Assembly (NCBI GenBank): GCA_048938295.1
Contig: JBHLMI010000002.1
Span: forward strand, 1-32,000
Direction: 5' to 3'
Origin: Promethearchaeota archaeon
GTDB taxonomy: Archaea > Asgardarchaeota > Hermodarchaeia > Hermodarchaeales > Hermodarchaeaceae
DNA: 32,000 bases
Shown: positions 25,167 to 32,000 of the stretch, piece after piece
How positions within the stretch are numbered: the first letter of the stretch is position 1
How the letters are laid out: each line of letters begins with the position of its first letter
Notes under the pieces: generated by a model
Told to the model about the DNA's origin: nothing
What the model saw: only the letters and a program-made list of their open reading frames with translations
The model's database searches: none
Position numbers and translations under genes: made by a program

Positions 25167-26519
25167 TTACTTCTTCAGGTATCGTTGGTAGACCCATCCA
25201 CCAATCGCTAGAATGACTACGACGACGATGCCGATGATAATGTATTCGATGGGAATTGGTTCTGGGGGAGGAGGTGCCGTGAGCGTTGTGCCAGCATTCC
25301 AATCCCAGTTGAAAATCTGGGTGAAGTAGTTAGCGACACCTGAGTGAGTGATGATAACTCCAGCTTCTCGGTTTTCGTGCGTGGATTCGTAACTCCAGTT
25401 GATGCTGGAGACGAGGACCTTTTGTCCGTCAACGATGACGCCTTTGTTGTGGGTCCATTCAAAATAGTCCTGATTGCTGAACCGAACATCCACACCATTA
25501 GCCATTAACAGATTGGCCACTTCTTGCATCCCGGAACTACGGTTGTCGAGAATGACCTGACAGTCTACCCCCCGTGCAGCGGCTGCAATAATGGCATCAT
25601 TGAATTGATTTGGAGCTCCATCCCAATCGAGCTTCGAATACATCTGCTGTACGCGCACGGTCGAGGTGGCAGAGTCGATGAGGGCCTTGATCGTTGGAAT
25701 GTCGTTGTCCGGTGAGAGGACGCATTGGATGCTCATGGAGCCAGAAAATGTCTGGCTGGTGAATGGTGCAGGATAGGAACCTGTTGAGATGTTATCACTG
25801 AATTCTTCTTCATCAGCGATATTAGGAACGTAAGGTTCTACATTATCAAGGGTTAAGTCATGCATGAAGGTGTCAGAGAAGTAGTCGATAACATCAGGTT
25901 GATTAATCACTACCCCCCATTCCCGGTTTCCAGCGCTACTGGCAGGTGGAACGCCGGTTTTTGCCCAATTCGCACTTTCCACAACGAGTGCCTCGTGATC
26001 AAAGATCATGAATTTGGCATGGGTGAATTCAAGGTAGGTGTCCTCGGAGAAGTAGAGTTGCAAATTGGAGCCAAAGGCGGCATTTTGTGAAAGGTTGTAG
26101 AATGCGCCTTTTGTGAGTGAACGCTCAGCTATTGAAGCCCATTTCCAGGAAACGATGATGGTGATTTCCATGGTGCCATTTCGGGCAAGGGCGTCATGGA
26201 TTTCTTTGATGAGGAACCAGTTGCTAAGTGCATACACCATGATTTGCATTTCGTTCTCGGTGTTTTGTAAAAGGTCTGTAAGGACGCCAAAACTTGAGTC
26301 AGGCGAAGAGTAGCAGGTAACAGACGCTGATCCCGTATAGGTCGACGCAGGTTTGTCTAAAGCGGGAGGTTGGGCAGTGATGTTCAACGGTGTTTCGGAG
26401 GCAGGTGACAAAAAGGGCAGAACCATGACCCCGAGAAAGAGGAGTAATATTAATTGTGAAAAGATTGTTCGCCGCATTGGCATGTCTCCCATGTATCGTT
26501 GGGTACTATTCATCCTCAT
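25167..26519 (-). CDS. Secreted, membrane-anchored phospholipase D-superfamily protein (two HKD motifs)
   Basis: THAKFMIFD...ESANW...NREWG and THNKGVIVD...SSINW...NREAG; N-terminal signal peptide, Pro linker and C-terminal TM. Several possible ATGs between 26519 and 26477. Confidence 0.88.
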   Translation of the reverse strand: MRMNSTQRYMGDMPMRRTIFSQLILLLFLGVMVLPFLSPASETPLNITAQPPALDKPASTYTGSASVTCYSSPDSSFGVLTDLLQNTENEMQIMVYALSNWFLIKEIHDALARNGTMEITIIVSWKWASIAERSLTKGAFYNLSQNAAFGSNLQLYFSEDTYLEFTHAKFMIFDHEALVVESANWAKTGVPPASSAGNREWGVVINQPDVIDYFSDTFMHDLTLDNVEPYVPNIADEEEFSDNISTGSYPAPFTSQTFSGSMSIQCVLSPDNDIPTIKALIDSATSTVRVQQMYSKLDWDGAPNQFNDAIIAAAARGVDCQVILDNRSSGMQEVANLLMANGVDVRFSNQDYFEWTHNKGVIVDGQKVLVSSINWSYESTHENREAGVIITHSGVANYFTQIFNWDWNAGTTLTAPPPPEPIPIEYIIIGIVVVVILAIGGWVYQRYLKK

Positions 26520-26687
26520 CTAGTATTTTGCTATTTAGGCTTGTGCTTTTTTCTAGAGCCGACTCAAATGCAGAGAACGCGAATAGGGTTTTATTCTGGA
26601 CCCCTTGAATTTCTGATCTTTTACACGATATTTTATTAAGAAGCCATTTGCTCAGTGCTCTCATCATTACTCTGAAAGGTGTGCCTG

Positions 26688-27170
26688 ATGCACAAAGAGC
26701 TTAGTTATGAGTTTCCAACGATGCCACCAGCTCAAAGGGCATTCAAATGCATATGTGACCGACTTGGGATTGTATCTGAAGAAGCCGATATGGGAGGTGG
26801 GCTGAGTGCACGAACGGATGATCGATCCTTCTCAGCCCAATTGATGGCAAGTACCACAGACCGTGGAACAATGAAAGTCGAAGTGCATATTCGTGTATCC
26901 TCTGATGAACAAATGACTGCGGTAACGGCTTGTTTTGGTGAACCTCAACAAGAACGTGATATTGCGCCCAGTCAGAAAACTTTCGCTAAGGTCGTAGTTG
27001 AAACGGAATTTACAGGTGACACAAACTGGTTTGTAAATGAGGTGTGCGAGAAACTGGATATTGCTCCAGATCAATTTGGGAACTATCGAGCCATGGTCTT
27101 GTTAACTGCAAAAATGAAAGGTGCTCCTGGGTTCATTCAGGAAGCTGCAAAGAAGCTAAAGGAGATGTAA
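26688..27170 (+). CDS. Hypothetical protein (160 aa)
   Basis: TATA-like TTTTATTAA near 26632, SD AGGTG upstream of ATG 26688; no recognised family. Confidence 0.7.
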   Translation: MHKELSYEFPTMPPAQRAFKCICDRLGIVSEEADMGGGLSARTDDRSFSAQLMASTTDRGTMKVEVHIRVSSDEQMTAVTACFGEPQQERDIAPSQKTFAKVVVETEFTGDTNWFVNEVCEKLDIAPDQFGNYRAMVLLTAKMKGAPGFIQEAAKKLKEM

Positions 27171-27197
27171 CTCCAGATTTGTTTTAACCGAGTCACA

Positions 27198-27365
27198 TCA
27201 TCCGAATCGAAGTTCATGTTTATCTGATGTATGCCCGCAGACGGGGCATTCGTATCCTTTTTTCTTCTTAACGCACGATCTGTGGAATGTCGAGTTGCAG
27301 TTTGAGCATTTGATTGAGGTTTGGACTATCTTTCCGCATGCTTGGCATACATCATCTGAACTCAA
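27198..27365 (-). CDS. Stand-alone C4-H-C3 cross-brace zinc-finger microprotein (PHD-finger / Nse1-type RING-like), 55 aa; absent from the ORF track
   Basis: TTG 27365 to TGA 27198-27200 translates MSSDDVCQACGKIVQTSIKCSNCNSTFHRSCVKKKKGYECPVCGHTSDKHELRFG, pattern C-x2-C-x9-C-x2-C-x4-H-x2-C-x8-C-x2-C. Confidence 0.85.
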   Translation of the reverse strand: MSSDDVCQACGKIVQTSIKCSNCNSTFHRSCVKKKKGYECPVCGHTSDKHELRFG

Positions 27366-27405
27366 AATATCACAATCCTATTAGTAATTTACCTACGAAC
27401 TTCAT

Positions 27406-27412
27406 GGTTAAA
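27406..27412 (-). promoter_or_regulatory. Candidate BRE/TATA for the zinc-finger microprotein
   Basis: GAGAAATG-TTTAACC about 40 nt upstream of TTG 27365; SD-like GGATTGTGA just upstream of the start. Confidence 0.45.
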
Positions 27413-27457
27413 CATTTCTCTTGTTGTGGGGGAGGGACTACTTTGGCTGGGAGAAGC

Positions 27458-28384
27458 TTAAACTCCTTTTTCCTTTATATATGGAACCCCGATACCCTTG
27501 GGTGGAATGGATCGTCGAATAATTCCGAGGGCAACAATAACGCTGATGTATGGAATCATTTGGATGAATTGCACATACTGACTGAGGAACTGGAATTCAG
27601 GAAGAATGAGGATTCCAGCTTCAACCGCATTTAGGAATCCAAAGAACATACCTGAGAGGAAGACCCCGATGGGCGTCCAGTTACCAAAGATCAAAGCTGC
27701 TAGTGCGATGAAGCCACGGCCACCAGTCATGACTTCTACGAATCGACCCAGTGTTCCGATGGATAGTTGGGCACCGCCTACAGCCGCAAGAATACCACTG
27801 ATCGCCACGCCTATCATTCGAGTAGATTCCACATTCACCCCGGCAGTATCAAGCGTGCTGGGATCCTCACCCGAAGCACGTAACCGTAAGCCAAAAGATG
27901 ACCGATATATGATGTAATGGCTTATGGGCAGCATGAGAAACATGAAGATCATTATAGGACCGATGTAGCCGAACCAAGGGAGAGACAGACCTGGTAGACG
28001 TGGAACGTTGGGTGAAACCCCATGAACGCCCCAAACCGCGAAAAGTCCAAAAGTCGTTAAGCCTGTTGCAAAGAGAATTATTCCTGCACCACTCACAATT
28101 TGATTACCTTTTAGTCGCACACAGATTATTCCATGAATTAATCCTAATAAGGCACCTGATAGAATGGCTCCAAGTAAACCAAACCAAGGATTATTAGTGA
28201 ACCAAGTGACAGCAACAGCCGTAAACGCACCCATGAGCATCATTCCTTCTAATCCGATGTTCACTACACCTGATCGTTCAGAGAACATTCCTCCTAACGC
28301 AGCGAGAACTAGGGGAGTTGAGAATTTGATAATGGAGTTGATGAACCATGCAATTATTAGAGGATTCAGGAATGAATTTTGCAT
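27458..28384 (-). CDS. Nucleoside/sugar ABC transporter permease subunit 2 (CUT2 family)
   Basis: PLVLAALGGMFSERSGVVNIGLEGMML, GLRLRASGEDP, GRGFIALAALIFGNW. Start revised to ATG 28384 (SD GGAGGTG, TGATG overlap). Confidence 0.92.
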   Translation of the reverse strand: MQNSFLNPLIIAWFINSIIKFSTPLVLAALGGMFSERSGVVNIGLEGMMLMGAFTAVAVTWFTNNPWFGLLGAILSGALLGLIHGIICVRLKGNQIVSGAGIILFATGLTTFGLFAVWGVHGVSPNVPRLPGLSLPWFGYIGPIMIFMFLMLPISHYIIYRSSFGLRLRASGEDPSTLDTAGVNVESTRMIGVAISGILAAVGGAQLSIGTLGRFVEVMTGGRGFIALAALIFGNWTPIGVFLSGMFFGFLNAVEAGILILPEFQFLSQYVQFIQMIPYISVIVALGIIRRSIPPKGIGVPYIKEKGV

Positions 28385-29865
28385 CAGAAGACACCTCCAA
28401 TCACAACGGCCTTTCTTACTATCAGGTAATATGCAGGTAACACGAGAATGAGCCCTACAACCCCTAAAACAAGGAGAGGTATTGTTAGGGTGTTGACTTG
28501 ATACACAAGAATTAGTGCGGCCAATATGATCCACCCTATTGATGTTAGACAGGCAACAAGAAGCCCCCAAGTTTTTCTCATGAGGATACCTACGAAAGCA
28601 AAAAGGGCTAGCAGTCCCAGGGTTACCATTTGAGCCATGAAAATGACATCAGCTTGCAGATACGCAAAGCCAATGAATAGCCCAATGACTGAACCAACTA
28701 CAGCGATTACTGCTGTAAGAAAGATGGGTAGAGCCTTCTTCGGTTCCTCAATTATCCACAGGGCATATTCATTCCCTTTTGAAGCCAGCCATTGGATGAT
28801 TTTTGGAGCTGCAACAAACAATACGACAAGACCCTGAATTATAACTACCATTTCTCGAGGAACACCAGCTACGGCATCCATTACGACAGCACCTGCCTTC
28901 AAGAAGCCAAAGAAGAGGGCAGCTAAAATTACCCCAAAGGGATTGTTGAGCCCCAACACAGCAACTGTAATCCCATCAAATCCTAAACCTGGAGACCAAC
29001 CATTAATGAAACGGTGGTAGTACCCAAGAATCTCACCGGCACCTGCTAAACCGGCAAGTGCGCCACTGAGTGTAAGAGCAAGCACCATCATGTACTTTGA
29101 ATTAATTCCAGCCGTTTCAGCTGCTTCAAGATTCTTACCCACTGCCCGAACTTCATATCCACGCACAGTGTAGTTTAAGAAAAACCAGACGACTAAAGCA
29201 CTAATGATTGCGATTAGAAAGCCAGCATGAAGAAAAGGTGATCCAAGTAGGCTGGGAAGGATAGCGGTGGGTTGAATAGGCGAAGTCTGGGGATAGGGAG
29301 TGCCTGGTTCTTTCAATGGAAATGTGACCAACCATTCAGTGAATAAGATGGCAATATAGGTCATCATCATTGTGGTAACCACTTCATGCGCACCACGATA
29401 GGCTTTGAGGATTCCAGGAATAAACGCCCAAGCAGCACCAGCGATTGCAGCAGCAGCTAGGCACACTAGGGGATGAATAAAGGAAGGCAATAACACATAG
29501 ACGCCAATTATCGTGGCTACCATAGATCCCATATAGAGTTGTCCTTCAGCACCGATATTGAAGAGTCCTGCTTTGAATGCAAGGGCTACGGAAAGACCAG
29601 TTAGGAGGAGAGGAGTTGCATACCATAACACCTGATCTGGATTCCGAAAAGCCCCTTGAATCAAAACAGTATACGCAAAAACTGGGTCATATTCTGTGGC
29701 GATCATGATCAGTGCTGCTACGAGTAAGGCTAGAATAATAGAACCGCCTGCCCAGAGCAGTTCCTTCATCGCACTTAGTAATGACCTTTCGAAGGGCCTG
29801 AGTTCCTGACTTCCATTAAGCACTTTCTCGATGTCCGCATCCTTTGGTCCATGAACTTCGTTCAT
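28384..29865 (-). CDS. Nucleoside/sugar ABC transporter permease subunit 1 with extra C-terminal TM segment
   Basis: GLFNIGAEGQ, HEVVTTMM, GYEVRAVGKN, GFDGITVAVLG, FFGFLKAG. Confidence 0.92.
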   Translation of the reverse strand: MNEVHGPKDADIEKVLNGSQELRPFERSLLSAMKELLWAGGSIILALLVAALIMIATEYDPVFAYTVLIQGAFRNPDQVLWYATPLLLTGLSVALAFKAGLFNIGAEGQLYMGSMVATIIGVYVLLPSFIHPLVCLAAAAIAGAAWAFIPGILKAYRGAHEVVTTMMMTYIAILFTEWLVTFPLKEPGTPYPQTSPIQPTAILPSLLGSPFLHAGFLIAIISALVVWFFLNYTVRGYEVRAVGKNLEAAETAGINSKYMMVLALTLSGALAGLAGAGEILGYYHRFINGWSPGLGFDGITVAVLGLNNPFGVILAALFFGFLKAGAVVMDAVAGVPREMVVIIQGLVVLFVAAPKIIQWLASKGNEYALWIIEEPKKALPIFLTAVIAVVGSVIGLFIGFAYLQADVIFMAQMVTLGLLALFAFVGILMRKTWGLLVACLTSIGWIILAALILVYQVNTLTIPLLVLGVVGLILVLPAYYLIVRKAVVIGGVF

Positions 29866-29867
29866 TG

Positions 29868-31544
29868 CTATGACTCCATGTTAGCTTTTTCAGTTTGGGC
29901 TCCAGCCATAAGGAGCCCTAGTTCTCGATCATCAGTTTCAGTGGGATCTTTGAATGCCACAATTCTACCCTCATAAATTACGGCGATACGATCAGCAATT
30001 TGTCGGACTTCTTCAAGCTCAGCAGAGACGAGTAGAACAGCTACTCCTTGGTCACGCATTTCAATTAGTATTCGGTGGATATATTCAATGGCACCGACAT
30101 CTAGACCACGGGTTGGATGTGAAGCGATGACTAACTTGGGATTCTTAGCCAATGCTCTAGCAACAATTAATTTCTGTTGATTCCCACCTGAAAGCGTACT
30201 AGCTAAAGAATCAAGGTCCCCAATTCTTATCGAATAAGCATCCACCAATTGATTTGAATCATTAACAATTCGTTTGCCATCTAAAAGCATATTAAATGGT
30301 CCTCGGCTGTAAGGAGGATGGTATTCAGAACCCAGAATCAAGTTTTCTTTAATGGAAAAGTCGAGAATTAGGCCACGTTTATGTCGATCCTGTGGGATAT
30401 ACCCCACACCATGTTCATGCATTTTTCGAGGGCTATACTTCTTTATTATATCACCTTCAAAATAAATTTCACCACCTATAGGTTTACGGAGCCCCCAGAT
30501 TGCTTCAACGAGTTCTTGCTGCCCGTTACCCTCGACACCAGCAATACCCAGGATTTCACCTGAATGGACTTCGAGGCTAACATCTTTAACGACGTCAAAT
30601 CCACGGTCATCTTTGACGCTGAGGTGTTTCACAGTTAACACTGCTGGACCGGGAATAGCTTTAGTCTTGGAAACCTGAAATACAACAGGGCGACCAACCA
30701 TCATTTCCGCTAACTGCTCAATGGATGTATCTGCTTTGTTGACGGTACCCACAAGTTTACCATCGCGAAGAACGGTGATTCGATCACAAAGGGCCATTGG
30801 ATCTCGAAGTTTATGTGAGATGAGAATGATCGTTTTTCCCGCCTTTCGAAATTCTTCCAAAGTTTCAAAAAGCTCATCAACTTCTTGTGGCGTTAGGACA
30901 GCAGTGGGCTCGTCAAGAATCAGAATTTCAGCTTCACGATACAAAACCTTGATGATTTCAACACGCTGTTGCATTCCAACTGAGAGAAATTGAACCTTCT
31001 CCTTTGGTTCAATGAAAAGCTTATTTTCTTCAGCAATTTCGAGGATCTTCTTTTCAGCGGCTTTCAGATTCATTGGAGTTACTCGATTAATCGAGCCCGT
31101 AATACCCCACGCTAAGCCTTTGAAGAATTGTTTGATCTGATAAGCTATGTATTTGCTAGAGGAATGAGAGGAGATTTCTGTTGGGATGACAGCTTTTTCG
31201 AAGCGGCTTTCAAGATTAACGTAAAGAGGTTCAGAGCCCAGCACAACATTTTCAGTTACCGAAAAAGGTGGGATGAGTTTGAAATGTTGGTGGACCATGC
31301 CAATCCCCACGCGAATAGCATCACGTGGGGATCTAAAAAATACCTCTTCACCCCTAATCTTAATGGTCCCTGAATCCTTAGAAATTAACCCATATAACAC
31401 GTTCATGAGAGTAGTTTTTCCAGCTCCGTTTTCACCAAGGAGACCATGGACTTCCCCTTCCTCAATTCGAAGCGTGATGTCCTGATTGGCTACGACATCT
31501 CCTGGAAAGGTTTTATTAATATTTTCGAGCTCAATGATGTAAAT
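29868..31544 (-). CDS. Double-domain ABC ATPase of the nucleoside transporter; start must be non-canonical (ATT 31544 or CTG 31550)
   Basis: The frame upstream of the track's ATG 31406 encodes YIIELENINKTFPGDVVANQDITL...LLGENGAGKTTL (Walker A); also LSVGMQQRVEI, ILDEPT, LSGGNQQK, PTRGLDVGA. Confidence 0.9.
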   Translation of the reverse strand: MYIIELENINKTFPGDVVANQDITLRIEEGEVHGLLGENGAGKTTLMNVLYGLISKDSGTIKIRGEEVFFRSPRDAIRVGIGMVHQHFKLIPPFSVTENVVLGSEPLYVNLESRFEKAVIPTEISSHSSSKYIAYQIKQFFKGLAWGITGSINRVTPMNLKAAEKKILEIAEENKLFIEPKEKVQFLSVGMQQRVEIIKVLYREAEILILDEPTAVLTPQEVDELFETLEEFRKAGKTIILISHKLRDPMALCDRITVLRDGKLVGTVNKADTSIEQLAEMMVGRPVVFQVSKTKAIPGPAVLTVKHLSVKDDRGFDVVKDVSLEVHSGEILGIAGVEGNGQQELVEAIWGLRKPIGGEIYFEGDIIKKYSPRKMHEHGVGYIPQDRHKRGLILDFSIKENLILGSEYHPPYSRGPFNMLLDGKRIVNDSNQLVDAYSIRIGDLDSLASTLSGGNQQKLIVARALAKNPKLVIASHPTRGLDVGAIEYIHRILIEMRDQGVAVLLVSAELEEVRQIADRIAVIYEGRIVAFKDPTETDDRELGLLMAGAQTEKANMES

Positions 31545-31663
31545 CTTCAGAACCTCCAGACTAAAATTTCAGCTCAATTCTGATGGCTGTTGAAATCAGC
31601 TATTTTCGTGTGGAAGTTGTATTTAATCTCAGTGATAGCTGATAAGCCTAGTCAGAATATCAA

Positions 31664-31694
31664 GAAAAAAGAGGGGAAGGGCCTTGTCGGCCCC
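31664..31694 (-). terminator. Hairpin + U-tract after the substrate-binding protein gene
   Basis: Minus strand GGGCC-GACAA-GGCCC then TTCCCCTCTTTTTT, just after the stop at 31702. Confidence 0.6.
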
Positions 31695-31701
31695 ATCTGA
31701 T

Positions 31702-32000
31702 TTAGAGGAAGTTAAAGTCTGTAGGAACTGTGATACTGCCATTGATAATTGCAGCACCAATGTCATTGACGATGAATTGTTCACCAGCGGTGATCTTGTA
31801 TCCGGGTGCTAAGAGATCGTTATTGAGCTCCCAACCAACACCACCGTCAGCTAAACTGAAGTATCGGACACCACCAGTAAAGTTGCCCCAAGTTGTTGCT
31901 TCTCCGATGGCCCTGTAGACACCGATATCAACACGTTTCAGCATTGAAGTGAGAATTGTGGTATAGGTTCCACTTGGGGGAATACCTAGGTACATCTGGG
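31702..32000 (-). CDS. BMP-family (PnrA/TmpC-like) ABC substrate-binding protein, C-terminal fragment running off the right edge
   Basis: QMYLG...ILTSMLKRVDIGVY...FSLADGGVG...IINGSITVP matches the BMP C-terminus; context fits a CUT2 ABC operon. Confidence 0.88.
   Translation of the reverse strand, partial: QMYLGIPPSGTYTTILTSMLKRVDIGVYRAIGEATTWGNFTGGVRYFSLADGGVGWELNNDLLAPGYKITAGEQFIVNDIGAAIINGSITVPTDFNFL

Noticed and set aside
27231-27249. Hairpin ATGCCC...GGGCAT plus T-tract read as a terminator
   Set aside because: It is the reverse complement of the K-K-K-G-Y-E-C-P-V-C-G-H codons of the zinc-finger gene, so coding explains it; a secondary terminator role cannot be excluded.
28385-28570. 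Cys-rich N-terminal extension (MGASCCLSN...) of the second permease
   Set aside because: It lies inside the upstream permease in another frame; the real start is ATG 28384 with SD GGAGGTG.
243-31918. Numerous short or antisense ORFs in the track (e.g. 243-440, 2644-3129, 4928-5326, 9525-10036, 16368-16745, 22079-23697, 27314-27917, 30381-31485)
   Set aside because: They overlap well-supported genes on the opposite strand or in another frame and show no motifs or SD sites; treated as shadow ORFs.
1-32000. tRNA, rRNA, CRISPR arrays, transposases or integrases
   Set aside because: No cloverleaf, rRNA-like tract, regularly spaced repeats or recombinase motifs were seen in the intergenic gaps or ORFs.

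Overview
Gene-dense archaeal chromosomal window, most likely from an Asgard archaeon. This is inferred from a Rab-like GTPase, a longin-domain protein, tandem Lrp-type wHTH regulators, GGAGGTGA Shine-Dalgarno sites and TTTA(T/A)-type TATA boxes; no finer taxon can be supported. I saw no rRNA, tRNA, CRISPR array or mobile element. Much of the window is ordinary heterotrophic metabolism: radical SAM + GNAT, serine racemase-like PLP enzyme, carbamate kinase, M42 peptidase, GH35 and GH38 glycosidases, membrane-anchored caspase-like and PLD-family hydrolases, and a BMP-type nucleoside ABC transporter. Two parts stand out. (1) A co-oriented minus-strand cluster at 6827-14346 encodes a longin + DENN/folliculin-like protein, two small proteins, an ExeA-like AAA-wHTH ATPase, a Rab-like GTPase, a long helical protein, and a histidine-kinase/receiver pair with degenerate catalytic motifs. 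It meets a PPP-family Ser/Thr phosphatase tail-to-tail. (2) A 55-aa ORF at 27198-27365 (minus strand), below the ORF track's apparent ~60-aa cutoff, is a stand-alone C4-H-C3 zinc finger with PHD/Nse1-RING spacing. I also found translational oddities: an ABC ATPase whose Walker A lies upstream of any ATG/GTG/TTG, and a small membrane protein split by an in-frame TGA. All family calls come from motif recognition by eye, not database searches.
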